This document shows positions 27,855-37,855 of a stretch of 64,000 nucleotides of DNA, one piece after another. The notes beneath the pieces are model-generated. The model made no database searches. It saw only the letters and a list, made by a program, of their open reading frames with translations, and was not told the origin of the DNA. The stretch's first letter is position 1. Each line of letters begins with the position of its first letter. Source of the DNA: Alphaproteobacteria bacterium (GTDB lineage: Bacteria > Pseudomonadota > Alphaproteobacteria > Bin95). The stretch is taken from assembly GCA_963665325.3 (NCBI GenBank), contig CAXXWS020000002.1, positions 1,216,001 through 1,280,000 of the forward strand, in the 5' to 3' direction. Position numbers and translations under genes: made by a program.

Positions 27855-28733
27855 TTATTCGAAGGCCTGGTCCCAGCTTTCGGGCAGCAGGCGGTAGCCG
27901 CCGTTCTCGCGGACCAGGTGCGAGAAGCCGGGGAAGTGGAGGTGCATGCCGGCGATGAGCAGCCTGTCGCTGGCGGCCATGTCGAAAAGCCGCATGCGGG
28001 AGGCCGCCGCGCGCTCCGGGTCGGTGTCGAAGGCGATCGTCACTTCGGGATGCGCCACCTGGATATCGGGGACATGCACCGTGTCGCCCCAGATCAGCAG
28101 GCTGCGGTCTCCCGATGCGATCAGGTAGGCCGTGTGGCCGGGCGTGTGCCCGTGGGCGGGCAGCGCGGTGACGCCGGGGAACACCTCGCCCGACCCGAAG
28201 AGCCGCATGGCGCTGCTATAGGGCGCGATCTGGTCGCGGCCGGCCTGGAAATAGAGCAGCTTTTCGCGCTCGGTCGCCCGGCTCATCGCGGCGTCGTCGG
28301 CCCAGTGGCCGGGCTCGTTCTCGTGCATGACGAGCTCGGCATTGGGGAACAGGCGCGCGCCCGTCTCCCGGTCCGAGAGCCCGGCCGAATGGTCCGGGTG
28401 CATGTGGGTGAGCAGGATGGCGTCGATGGCGGAGGGCTCGATTCCCGCCGCCTTGAGGTTGCGGCCGAGCCATCCGGCGGTCGGACCCAGATAGGTGCCG
28501 GAGCCGGTGTCGATCAGCGCCGTGCGGCCGCCGGAGTGGACGACGAATGTGTTGACCGCGGTGCGCCGCGCCGGCTGGAAGACGGCCGCCATCTCGGCCT
28601 CGCCGACGGCCGGGTCGATGCCGTGAAGGACAGTGAGGTCGCCGTCCAGGTAACCGTCGCTGAGGGCGGTGACGGTGATGTCGCCGATGCGCCGGTGATA
28701 GACGCCGGGAATCTGGCCGGTCGGTGCGGGCAT
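27855..28733 (-). CDS. MBL-fold metallo-hydrolase (methyl-parathion hydrolase-like)
   Basis: ALSDG, VNTFVV, LIDTG, THMHPDH, GHTPGH, WGDTVH, GMHLHFPG. Confidence 0.93.
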   Translation of the reverse strand: MPAPTGQIPGVYHRRIGDITVTALSDGYLDGDLTVLHGIDPAVGEAEMAAVFQPARRTAVNTFVVHSGGRTALIDTGSGTYLGPTAGWLGRNLKAAGIEPSAIDAILLTHMHPDHSAGLSDRETGARLFPNAELVMHENEPGHWADDAAMSRATEREKLLYFQAGRDQIAPYSSAMRLFGSGEVFPGVTALPAHGHTPGHTAYLIASGDRSLLIWGDTVHVPDIQVAHPEVTIAFDTDPERAAASRMRLFDMAASDRLLIAGMHLHFPGFSHLVRENGGYRLLPESWDQAFE

Positions 28734-28808
28734 GGGGCTGGGCCTCTTTCTCACTGCGGGCGGTCGGATACAATCATACCTCAAGCGAGCATGACGAGAG
28801 GAAACCCG

Positions 28809-29138
28809 ATGACCGCGCAGACACCGCCCGACCGCGACGCCGTTCGCGCCTTCGTTCCCAAGATGATCGAGATGACCGAGAAGGTCGTCTATGGCGATGT
28901 CTGGGAGCGCGAAGCCCTGTCGAAGCGCGACCGCAGCCTGATTACCGTGGCGACCCTGGTGGCGCTCGGCCGCGAGCGGCAGTTGAAGGGCCATGTTGGG
29001 CGGGCGCTCGACAATGGCGTGACGCCGGAGGAGCTTTCCGAGCTCATCACCCATCTGGCGCTCTATGCCGGTTGGCCCGCGGCGATGACGGCGGCGCTGG
29101 TCGCCAAGGACGTGGTCGCCGACCGCGAGTCCGCATGA
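28809..29138 (+). CDS. Carboxymuconolactone decarboxylase family protein
   Basis: YGDVWER..LSKRDRSLITVA.L, H..RALDNGVT.EEL.ELITHLA.YAGWP. Confidence 0.92.
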   Translation: MTAQTPPDRDAVRAFVPKMIEMTEKVVYGDVWEREALSKRDRSLITVATLVALGRERQLKGHVGRALDNGVTPEELSELITHLALYAGWPAAMTAALVAKDVVADRESA

Positions 29139-30085
29139 AGCCTGCCGAAGGGCCGCATGTCTGGCGCGCGGCCGATCTTGCCGCCGACCGGTCATGGACC
29201 ATCGAGCTCACCCCGGCGGAAATCGCGTCGCTGGAAGCGGGACGCTTCGATCTGCCGCGCCTGGACGAGGTGCGGGCCGGGTTGGCGCGCAGACGCGGTC
29301 TCGCGCTTGTCCGCGGGCTGCCCGTCGCGCGCTATGGCGAAAAGACGGCGGCGGCGATTTTCTCCGGCATCGGCGATGCGCTCGGGATCGCCGTTTCGCA
29401 GAGCTACAAGGGCGACCGGATCGGCCATGTCCGCGATATCGGGGAAGCGGGGCGCTACTACACGGTGGGCGGCGCGCTCGAAATGCACATGGACCCGGTT
29501 GATGTCGTCGGGCTGCTCTGCCTGAAAAGAGCCGTCAGCGGCGGCGCGAGCCGGATTGCAAGCTCGGCTGCGGTGCATAACGCCGTCCTGGGAGAGCGGC
29601 CCGACCTCATGCCGTTTCTCCGCAGAGGCTTCCACTACACCAGCCGTCAGGAGGACAAGGCCGCCGCCGCGCCGCCGGTGACGCCCTGGCGTGTGCCGGT
29701 GTTCGGAGAAATAGACGGGCGGTTCGCCGCCTTCCTCCTGCCTATCGCCATCCGCAATGCTGAGCGGGAAGGGTCGGCGCTCTCCTCCCGGGAGCGCGAG
29801 GCGCTGGACGCCCTGGGCCGGACGGCAGCGCGCGACGAGCTTGCCTTCGAGATGGACCTTGAGCCGGGGGACATGCAGTTCCTGAACAACCGGCTGATCC
29901 TTCACGGCCGCGCGGACTATCGGGACTCTCCCGACCCTGCCCGAATGCGCCACATGTTGCGGCTCTGGCTGATGATGCCGGACTGGCCGCCGCGTCCCGC
30001 CAATATGAACATGCATGCCCGGCACGACCGCGCCGCCGGCGGCATCGCGCCGAAGACATCCGTTGAAACCGGGGACCGTCCATGA
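29135..30085 (+). CDS. TauD/TfdA-like dioxygenase
   Basis: RGLALVRGLP, MHMD, VGLLCL..A.SGG.S, LEPGDMQFLNN..ILHGR, RHMLRLWL; ATGA overlap with the upstream gene. Confidence 0.88.
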   Translation: MKPAEGPHVWRAADLAADRSWTIELTPAEIASLEAGRFDLPRLDEVRAGLARRRGLALVRGLPVARYGEKTAAAIFSGIGDALGIAVSQSYKGDRIGHVRDIGEAGRYYTVGGALEMHMDPVDVVGLLCLKRAVSGGASRIASSAAVHNAVLGERPDLMPFLRRGFHYTSRQEDKAAAAPPVTPWRVPVFGEIDGRFAAFLLPIAIRNAEREGSALSSREREALDALGRTAARDELAFEMDLEPGDMQFLNNRLILHGRADYRDSPDPARMRHMLRLWLMMPDWPPRPANMNMHARHDRAAGGIAPKTSVETGDRP

Positions 30086-31260
30086 CCGAGCACCGTATTG
30101 CGCCGCTGTCCGTCGAGGAGGCCGTTGCGCGCGGCGGGCAAGTGCGCATCCATCCCGATCTCGCGCGGTTCGAGGTGATGCGGGCGCTGCTGCACCATCC
30201 GCCGCTCGCCAAGGCGATCCAAACTCTGCTCATCATGCTGCTCTTCAAGGGCCGCATTCTGGACGAGCGGCTGCGCGAGCTCGTCATCATGCGGATCGCC
30301 TGGCGGACGGCCTCGCTCTACGAGTGGACGCAACATTGGCGCGTTGCCCGCGACCTCGGCATGGAGGAAGGCGATATTCTGGGCGTCAGGGACTGGCAGG
30401 GTTTTGCCGGCTACGGAGCGCCGGAACGCGCCGTGCTCGCCGCCGTGGACGAAACGCTGGATACCGGCGCCGTTTCGCCCGGAACGATGGCTGCGTGCCT
30501 CGACATCCTTGGGAGTCCGGCTCAGGCGCTCGAACTGTTGGCGGCTATCGGCAATTGGCGGATGTTCTCGCAAGTGCTGCGGAGTCTGTGGATTCCGCTG
30601 GAGGAAGGCGTGGAGGCCTGGCCTCCCGACGGTGCGGCGCCGCCCAAGCCGGTGATCGGCGTTTCGGGCGGGATGGCGGGTCGGGAAGGTGTGGACGGCG
30701 CCCCGGTTCTGCCGCTGCTTTCGTCCGACGAGTCCGCCGGCCGCGGCAAGGAACTTGGCCTCGACGACGGGCAGTCCCGGCGCGCGCCCTACCGGTTGCT
30801 GCTGCAGCATCCGCCGCTTGCAAGGGCGCTGAACGGTTTGCTCTCGCGCCTTCTCTACAATGGCGTGCTGGATGCCCGCGTGCGCGAACTTGTCATCATG
30901 CGAACGGCATGGCGCACCGGCTCGGCGGTGGAATGGGCGCGCCATGTGCCGTTCTGCGGGCGGGTAGGGGTCTCCGACGCAGACCTGCTCGCGGTCCGGG
31001 GGCCTCTGGAGGACGCGGACTTCAACGCCGCCGAGCGTGCGGCGCTCATGGCGACCGACGATACGCTGGAGACCGGCGCGGTCGGGGACGATGCCTGGGC
31101 GGCCTGCGTGTCGGCGTTCGAAACCGTGCCGGAATTGCTGGAACTGGTGGCGGCGATTTCCCACTGGCGCATGTATTCCCAAATCCTGCGCAGCAGCGGC
31201 GCGCCGCATGAAGAAGGCGACACGGTCTGGGCGCCGGACGGCCGGTTCCCGGCAGGCTGA
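30082..31260 (+). CDS. Tandem CMD/AhpD-like domain protein
   Basis: Two internal repeats: HPPLA..L..LL..G.LD.R.RELVIMR.AWRT.S..EW..H ... W.PDG. Confidence 0.85.
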   Translation: MTEHRIAPLSVEEAVARGGQVRIHPDLARFEVMRALLHHPPLAKAIQTLLIMLLFKGRILDERLRELVIMRIAWRTASLYEWTQHWRVARDLGMEEGDILGVRDWQGFAGYGAPERAVLAAVDETLDTGAVSPGTMAACLDILGSPAQALELLAAIGNWRMFSQVLRSLWIPLEEGVEAWPPDGAAPPKPVIGVSGGMAGREGVDGAPVLPLLSSDESAGRGKELGLDDGQSRRAPYRLLLQHPPLARALNGLLSRLLYNGVLDARVRELVIMRTAWRTGSAVEWARHVPFCGRVGVSDADLLAVRGPLEDADFNAAERAALMATDDTLETGAVGDDAWAACVSAFETVPELLELVAAISHWRMYSQILRSSGAPHEEGDTVWAPDGRFPAG

Positions 31261-31276
31261 GGCGGAAGGCGGGCCT

Positions 31277-31915
31277 ATGCATCCATCACCCCTGTTCCGG
31301 CAGGCCTCGCGGGAGGCCAATCTGGCCTTTGCGAGAGAGCGGGGGTTCGGCGTTCTCGCCGTGAGTGCGGGCGATGTCGGCGGGCCCCTGCTGAGTCACA
31401 TCCCGTTCCTGCTGGCGGAAGGCGGCGGCGCGGTCCACGCCCATCTCGCCCGGCCGAACCCGATCCTGAAATTCCTGGCGGAGGGCGAGCGGCCGGCCGT
31501 TCTGGCCGTCGGCGGCCCCGACAGCTACATCTCGCCCGACTGGTACGAGGCCGACCCCGGCCTGGTGCCGACATGGAATTATGTGGCGGTGCATCTGCGC
31601 GGTGTACTGCGGCTTCGTCCCGAAGAGACGCTCCCGGGCCATTTGGACGAGCTGGCGGCGCAATTCGAGGAACGGCTGTTACCCAAGCTGCCTTGGCGTA
31701 CGAGCAAGGTCCCGGAGCGGCAATTGGAGGCGCTGATGCGGGCGATCCTGCCGGTCGAACTCGAGGTAGAGGCGGTGGACGGCACCTGGAAGCTCAACCA
31801 GAACAGGCCGGACGAGGCGCGGCTCAATGCGGCCCGCCATGTCGAGGGCAGCGAGCTGGGCGTCGAAACGGCGGTGCTCGCCGGGCTGATGCGGAACCTG
31901 CCGGAGGCGGACTGA
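31277..31915 (+). CDS. PaiB-like FMN-binding protein
   Basis: SHIPFL, HLARPNP, SYISPDWY, VPTWNYVAVHLRG, KLNQNR. Confidence 0.9.
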   Translation: MHPSPLFRQASREANLAFARERGFGVLAVSAGDVGGPLLSHIPFLLAEGGGAVHAHLARPNPILKFLAEGERPAVLAVGGPDSYISPDWYEADPGLVPTWNYVAVHLRGVLRLRPEETLPGHLDELAAQFEERLLPKLPWRTSKVPERQLEALMRAILPVELEVEAVDGTWKLNQNRPDEARLNAARHVEGSELGVETAVLAGLMRNLPEAD

Positions 31916-31919
31916 ACCC

Positions 31920-32642
31920 ATGCTGCGTTTCGATGACTACAGGATTTTGGTGACCGGCGGGTCGAGCGGCATCGGCAATGCCATGGCGACAGCGTTTCGC
32001 GACGCCGGCGCGGAAGTGGCGGCGACAGGGACGAAACCTCGCGATGCCTATGAAAGCGACCTCGACGGGATAGAGTTCCACACCGTCGACGTCGGCGACG
32101 AAGACCAGCGGCGGGCGCTTGCGGGCCGGTTCGACCGGCTGGACGTGCTGATCAACAATGCCGGGATGGTCGCTTACCGGCGGGCGGAATACGAACCGGA
32201 GACTTTCCGGCAGGTCCTTGAGGTCAATCTCGGCGCCGGGCTGCATCTGGCGACCCTGCTGCACGACAGGCTTGCCGCGCGTCCCGGCTCGGTCATCAAC
32301 CTGTCCTCGATGACCGCCTTCTTCGGCAGCCAGGGCAACCCGGCCTACGGGGCCAGCAAAGCCGCCATCGTGCAGATGACGCGCACGCTGGCTGTCGGTT
32401 GGGGCGGGGACGGTATCCGCGTGAACGCCATCGCGCCCGGCTATGTCCACACGCAGATGACCGACCGCTTCAAGCAAAACACCGAAGCCGACCGGGCTAT
32501 CTCGGCGCGAACGCCGCTGGGCCGCTGGGGCTCGCCCGATGACATGGCGAAGGTGGCACTCTTCCTCGCCTCGGACCTCGCCGGCTTCGTTACAGGTCAG
32601 ACGCTCTCCGTGGACGGCGGCTTCGGCTGCGCCATCGGGTGA
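31920..32642 (+). CDS. Short-chain dehydrogenase/reductase
   Basis: TGGSSGIG, NNAG, YGASK, VNAIAPG, TGQTLSVDGG. Confidence 0.95.
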   Translation: MLRFDDYRILVTGGSSGIGNAMATAFRDAGAEVAATGTKPRDAYESDLDGIEFHTVDVGDEDQRRALAGRFDRLDVLINNAGMVAYRRAEYEPETFRQVLEVNLGAGLHLATLLHDRLAARPGSVINLSSMTAFFGSQGNPAYGASKAAIVQMTRTLAVGWGGDGIRVNAIAPGYVHTQMTDRFKQNTEADRAISARTPLGRWGSPDDMAKVALFLASDLAGFVTGQTLSVDGGFGCAIG

Positions 32643-32648
32643 CGGCGT

Positions 32649-35024
32649 TCAGCTGCTCCGGTGCGCGTCCCGGATCGCCCGCCACACCCGCTCGGGCGTT
32701 AGCGGCATCTCGATATGGCGGACGCCCAAGTCCCTCAGCGCATGGCAGACGGCATTGACGACGAGGCCGAGCGCTGGGGTAGTGCCGCCCTCGCCGCCGG
32801 GGCGGATGCCGAAGGGATGCGAGCTTGCCGGGACCTCGGTTATCAGCGTGCGGATTGGCGGCACCGTGTCGGCGCGCGGCATGGCGTAGTCCATGAACGA
32901 GCCGGTGAGAAGCTGGCCGTCCTCCGGCGTGTAGCGGACCTCTTCCATCAACGCCTGGCCAAGCCCCTGCGCAATCGCGCCCTGCGCCTGACCGTGCAGG
33001 ATGAGCGGATTGACGGCGAGGCCCACATCGTCGAGTGCGGTCCAGGCGGCGACACGCACATACCCCGTCTCGGGATCGACCTCGACCTCGCAGACATGGG
33101 CGCCGTAGGGATAGCCGCCCGACCGGTCGGTGATGTCGCCGACGCCTTCCAGCAGCCCGTTGGTAAGCGCGGCCGCTTCTGCGAGGTCGATGCTGGCGCC
33201 GCCCTCGGCGTGGAACGCGCCTCCGCGCCAGGCGACGTTCTCCGGCGCGGCCTGGAGCGCATGGGCGGCTACGGCCTTGCCCCGTTCCAGCAACGCCGTG
33301 ACCGCCTTGTCGATGGCGATACTGGCGAGCCGCATGGACCGGCCCGAATGGGAGCCGCCGCCGACCGATACGCGCTCGGTATCGTTGCAGATGTAGCGGA
33401 TGCGCTCGAACGGCACGTCCAGCCAGTCGGCAGCCAATTGCGGGAAGCTGGTCTCGTGGCCCTGGCCGCTGCTCATCGTGCCGACGACGAGCTCTATCGT
33501 GCCGTCCGCCAGCGCCCGCAGTTCTGCCCGCTCGCGGGGAATGCCGCTCGTCACCTCGATATAGTTCGCAATCGCGATGCCCCGGCAGAGCCCGCGCGCC
33601 TCGGACCGCGCTCGGCGCGCCTCGAATTCCCTCCAGTCCGCCGCTTGGAGCGCCCGATCCATGGCAGCGACATAGTCGCCGCTGTCATAGGTAACGCCGA
33701 CCCCGTTGGTGAACGGCATCGCTTCGGAAGAGACAAGGTTGCGCCGGCGCAGCTCGACCCGGTCGAAGCCGTGCTCGTCGGCCGCAAGGTCGATCAGCCG
33801 CTCGATCATGTAGATGGCCTCGGGCCGGCCGGCGCTGCGATAGACCGCCGTTGGCGCCATGTTGGTGAGCGCTGCGTGGCCGCGGAAATACACGGCGGGA
33901 ATGCGGTAGGTCCCCTGCATCATCGAAAGGCCCTTGCGCAGCGGCCAGAAATAGACCGAGTAGGCGCCGAGATTGAGCGTGTTGACGCCCCGGAGCGCGA
34001 GAAACTTGCCGTCTTCGTCAAGCGCCAGTTCGGCCTTGGAATGGAGGTCCCGGGCCTGGTAGTCGGAGAGGAAACACTCGCTCCGGTCGGCGGTCCATTT
34101 CACCGTCCGTCCTGTTCGCCGCGCTGCCCATGGCATCAGTGCGAATTCCGGCGAGAAGGCGTTCCTCGTGCCGAAATTGCCGCCCATATCCCCGAAGACC
34201 GCCCGGCAGTTCTCCACCGGCACGTCGAGCGTGAGCGCAAGCCGCTCGCGCGTTTGCACGGCGCCCCGCCCGGAAGCTGCGCGCAGGGTGTAATGGTCCG
34301 CAGAGGGATCGTACTCGCCGACCACGGCGCGCGGCTCCATGGGCGCGCCATTGACGCGGTGGACATGGCTTTCGAGCGTCACCGCATGCGCAGCATTCTG
34401 GAATGCGGCATCGGCTGCTTCCCGGTCGCCGACTTCGCAGGTCAGCGCCAGATTGTTCGGGCAATCGGGCCAGAGCTGCGGGGCGCCATCGGCCATGGCG
34501 GCGCGCGCGTCGGTCGAGGTCGGCAGGATTTCGTAGTCCACCCGGACCAGCTCGCCGGCATCGGCCGCGATGGCCGCCGTCTCCGCCACGACCAGCGCCA
34601 CAGCTTCGCCGCAATAGCGCACGATGTCGACCGGGAGCGGAAGGTTCGGCGTCACGGTGACCTCAAAGCCTTCCGGCAGGCGCAATTCGACATCGGGCGG
34701 GCCGGTCCAGTCCGGGTTGTGCGGAATCGGCCCGATACCGTCGGCCGCCGCGTCCGCTCCGGTCAGCACCGCCAGCACACCCGGCAGGGCGGCGGCGCAC
34801 GCGGTGTCTATTCCGCGGATGCGCGCATGGGCGTGCGGAGAACGCACCATGAAGGCATGGGCCAGACCGTCGGGCGCAAAGTCGCTTGCAAAGCGGCCGT
34901 GGCCGGTGACCAGCCGCCTGTCCTCCACACGCCTGCGCGCCTTGCCGATCTCCTTGCCGCCGGCTCCGGTCGTCGTCCCGGTTGCCTTTTGCTCTCCGTC
35001 CAACGCCCTGCCTCCCCCGCGCAT
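32649..35024 (-). CDS. Xanthine dehydrogenase-family molybdopterin-binding large subunit (CoxL-like)
   Basis: RRVEDRRLVTG.G.F, RSPHAHARI, MEPR, MGGNFG, YRSAGRPE, GQGHET, GGGSHSGRS, GAIAQGLG, GSFMDY, GEGG; exact start uncertain. Confidence 0.93.
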   Translation of the reverse strand: MRGGGRALDGEQKATGTTTGAGGKEIGKARRRVEDRRLVTGHGRFASDFAPDGLAHAFMVRSPHAHARIRGIDTACAAALPGVLAVLTGADAAADGIGPIPHNPDWTGPPDVELRLPEGFEVTVTPNLPLPVDIVRYCGEAVALVVAETAAIAADAGELVRVDYEILPTSTDARAAMADGAPQLWPDCPNNLALTCEVGDREAADAAFQNAAHAVTLESHVHRVNGAPMEPRAVVGEYDPSADHYTLRAASGRGAVQTRERLALTLDVPVENCRAVFGDMGGNFGTRNAFSPEFALMPWAARRTGRTVKWTADRSECFLSDYQARDLHSKAELALDEDGKFLALRGVNTLNLGAYSVYFWPLRKGLSMMQGTYRIPAVYFRGHAALTNMAPTAVYRSAGRPEAIYMIERLIDLAADEHGFDRVELRRRNLVSSEAMPFTNGVGVTYDSGDYVAAMDRALQAADWREFEARRARSEARGLCRGIAIANYIEVTSGIPRERAELRALADGTIELVVGTMSSGQGHETSFPQLAADWLDVPFERIRYICNDTERVSVGGGSHSGRSMRLASIAIDKAVTALLERGKAVAAHALQAAPENVAWRGGAFHAEGGASIDLAEAAALTNGLLEGVGDITDRSGGYPYGAHVCEVEVDPETGYVRVAAWTALDDVGLAVNPLILHGQAQGAIAQGLGQALMEEVRYTPEDGQLLTGSFMDYAMPRADTVPPIRTLITEVPASSHPFGIRPGGEGGTTPALGLVVNAVCHALRDLGVRHIEMPLTPERVWRAIRDAHRSS

Positions 35025-35097
35025 GACGTCATTCTTGGCATTGCCGAACGCTCCGGCAATGATGCGCTTCGTCCCGCCTCACAAATGGAGTGTCCCG

Positions 35098-36078
35098 GTG
35101 AAGGTCATCGACTCGCATGCCCACTACGTTCCCCAGACGGTGTTCGACACGCTGGCCCGGGGAGCCGCCCGTTTCGACGGAGTCGAATGCCTGCATGAGG
35201 ACGGACGATTCCGCCTTGCCTTCGGGGGAAGGGAACCGACGCGGCCGGTCAATCCGAAGCTGCGCGAAGCCGACGAGCGCCTGGCCTGGATGGACAAGCA
35301 GCGCCTCGACCGGCAGGTGGTCGCGCCCTGGACCGACAGCTTCGGCTACGAACTGGACGGCGGGACGGGGGCAGACTGGAACCGCTTCTGCAACGAGGCG
35401 CTTTGGCGGGCCTGCGAGGGCGAGGAACGCTTGATACCGCTGGCGGGTGTGCCGCTCCAGGATGGCGAGGCCGCCGCGGAAGTGCTCTGTGAGGCGCTCG
35501 ACCACGGCTTTCGCGGCTTCATGATCGGCACGCAGCCCGGGGGCGATTCGGGTGTGCTCGACGACCCGTCTCTTGAGCCCTTCTGGGCGGCAGCGCATGA
35601 GCGAGGGGCCGTGCTCTACATCCACCCGATGTATGTGACGAGCGACCCGCGCGTCGTGGATTACGACATGGTCAATGCGGTCGGCAGGCTGGCGGACACC
35701 ACAGTGGCCGTGGCGCGGATTCTGTTCTCGGGCCACGTCCTGAAATATTCTGGCGCCAGGCTGATCCTGAGCCATGGCGGCGCGGCGCTGCCCTTCGCGC
35801 TCGGCCGGCTGGTTAGGAACGTGCAGGCCCACCCGGGCCAGTATGCCGATCCGGCGGAAGGCCTCTCGCGGCTCTATGTGGACAGCTGCGTGTTCCGGCC
35901 GGACGCGCTCCGTTTCCTGGTAGACCTGATGGGCGCGGAGCGCGTGATGCTCGGCTCCGACTATCCCTTCCCCATCGGTGATCCCGCGCCCCGCAAGGTC
36001 GTGGACGACACGCCCCTCACCGATGCCCAGCGAGTTGAAATTCTGTCCAACTCGACCGCGCGTTTGCTCGGGTTATGA
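35098..36078 (+). CDS. Amidohydrolase 2 family protein (ACMSD-like)
   Basis: IDSHAH, YIHP, SHGG, MLGSDYPF; GTG start after GGAG. Confidence 0.9.
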   Translation: MKVIDSHAHYVPQTVFDTLARGAARFDGVECLHEDGRFRLAFGGREPTRPVNPKLREADERLAWMDKQRLDRQVVAPWTDSFGYELDGGTGADWNRFCNEALWRACEGEERLIPLAGVPLQDGEAAAEVLCEALDHGFRGFMIGTQPGGDSGVLDDPSLEPFWAAAHERGAVLYIHPMYVTSDPRVVDYDMVNAVGRLADTTVAVARILFSGHVLKYSGARLILSHGGAALPFALGRLVRNVQAHPGQYADPAEGLSRLYVDSCVFRPDALRFLVDLMGAERVMLGSDYPFPIGDPAPRKVVDDTPLTDAQRVEILSNSTARLLGL

Positions 36079-36137
36079 GGTGATATTCCGACAAACCGCA
36101 CTAGGTTCCAAGAAATAGCTACCGTAGAGGCCGGACG

Positions 36138-37721
36138 ATGCATCAAGGCTGGATCAGGGCCGTCAGTGTCGAGGAGCTTCGCCGCACGGGCCGGACGGTC
36201 TTCCGGCTGGACGGCCGCCAGATCGCGCTCTTCGATACCGCGAAGGGCATCCGCGCCTGCAACAACCGTTGCCCGCACGAGGGCTATCCGCTGCGCGAAG
36301 GTACGCTCGACAGGGACTGCCTGCTCACCTGCAACTGGCACAATTGGAAGTTCGACCTAGAGACGGGCGAGAACCAGCGCGACGGCGACCGGCTGCGCGT
36401 CTATCCGGTCGAGGTTCGGGCTGGCGAAGTGTGGATAGAGATCGTCGACCCGCCGGTCGAGGAACAGCTCGCGAAATCGCTCGAGGACCTGAAGCAGGGC
36501 TTCCTCGACCATGACTACGAACGACTGGCGCGCGAGATCGCCCGCATCGTCGGCCTCGGCGTCGATCCCGCGATCGCCGTCAAGGAAGCGATACGCTGGT
36601 CGTATGACAGGCTGGAGTTCGGCTGGACCCATGCCTATGCCGGCACGGCGGACTGGCTCGCGCTCCACGACGACCACGCGGACGAGTCCGAGAACCGCCT
36701 CATCTGCCTCCTGGAGGCCATCGGCCACATGGCCGAAGACACCCTGCGCGAGCGGCGCTACCCCTATGCCGAAGGCGTTGAGGCATGGGACGAGGAGGCT
36801 TTCTGCCGCACGATCGAGGAGGAAGACGAGGCACGCGCCATTCGCCTGACGCGCGGTGCGGTTGCAACCGGGGACGCATGGGGCGCCATGGAGCGCGGAC
36901 TGGCCCGCGCCGCGCTCGCCCATTATGCCGGTTTCGGCCATTCCGCGATCTATGTGGCCAAGGCCGGCGCGTTGATCCGCCGGCTTGGCGAGGATATCGC
37001 CGAGCCCGTCCTTGTTTCACTGGTGCGGGGGCTGGTGTCGGCGTTCCGCGAAGACCTGATTCCGGAATTCAGGGGCTATGGCGCGGCACTGGAAGGTTTC
37101 GGATCGAAGCCCAACGGATCGGCGCCCGCGCCCGCGGACTATGCCGGGCTCAACGCCAACAAGGCAGTCGCCTTTACCGCCGAGCATGGCGCCGCGCCTA
37201 CGCTGGACCTCTTCCGCAGCCTGCTCGGCGCCAACGCGCTCAACATGGCGCGCTTCGACCTCCGGCATCTGGACGACCTCGACCAGCCTTACGGCAGCGA
37301 TTTCGGCTGGCTCGACCTGACCCATGGCCTGACCTTCGCCGAAGCGGTGCTGGGCCTCTGCTCCCGGTATCCCGAACTGTGGCCGTCGGGACTGCTGCAG
37401 ATGGCCTGCTTCTCCGGCCGCAACATCGGGCGCCAGGACGAGATGGTGGACCCCGACGATTGGATGGTCTCGGATCGCGACGCCTTCTTCGCGGAGGCGG
37501 AGAGCAGGCTCCTGGACCACGGCCAAGATCGATACATCGTCTCCGTTCATCTATTGAAGACCGCGTCTTCCGTGCGCAACCTCCTGGCGTTCGGCGAGAC
37601 CGGTCGATCCGGCGAACTGGCGCTCGCCGCACTCAACCGGCTGCTGCATTCGCCGGTGCGCCGGAAGATGGTGCGTCGCACGGCCCGACAGGCCATGCGC
37701 TTCGTCGAGGTCGATATCTAG
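36138..37721 (+). CDS. Rieske [2Fe-2S] domain fused to a large alpha-helical domain
   Basis: NRCPHEGYPL..G......LTCNWHNWKFDL (CxH...CxxH); C-terminal ~420 aa with GHSAIY, THGLTF, VHLLKT. Confidence 0.85.
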   Translation: MHQGWIRAVSVEELRRTGRTVFRLDGRQIALFDTAKGIRACNNRCPHEGYPLREGTLDRDCLLTCNWHNWKFDLETGENQRDGDRLRVYPVEVRAGEVWIEIVDPPVEEQLAKSLEDLKQGFLDHDYERLAREIARIVGLGVDPAIAVKEAIRWSYDRLEFGWTHAYAGTADWLALHDDHADESENRLICLLEAIGHMAEDTLRERRYPYAEGVEAWDEEAFCRTIEEEDEARAIRLTRGAVATGDAWGAMERGLARAALAHYAGFGHSAIYVAKAGALIRRLGEDIAEPVLVSLVRGLVSAFREDLIPEFRGYGAALEGFGSKPNGSAPAPADYAGLNANKAVAFTAEHGAAPTLDLFRSLLGANALNMARFDLRHLDDLDQPYGSDFGWLDLTHGLTFAEAVLGLCSRYPELWPSGLLQMACFSGRNIGRQDEMVDPDDWMVSDRDAFFAEAESRLLDHGQDRYIVSVHLLKTASSVRNLLAFGETGRSGELALAALNRLLHSPVRRKMVRRTARQAMRFVEVDI

Positions 37722-37855
37722 CCCGCAATCGATATGGACGGATTGCGGATGCCCGGGTTCCGGCGTGTAATGCCTCCGGGAGGATGCCGCAGCGGCAGCG
37801 TTTGCTGGCCGGCAATGCGGCCGAATCCAGCCAGAACCCGGAAGGAGACCGGACC

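Noticed and set aside
32715-35198. Long antisense ORFs (also 1290-2351, 37865-39190, 39448-40860, 45118-46632, 52786-54459, 54483-56420, 56439-58232, 62043-63398)
   Set aside because: Shadow ORFs opposite well-supported genes; expected from high-GC codon bias, with no motifs.
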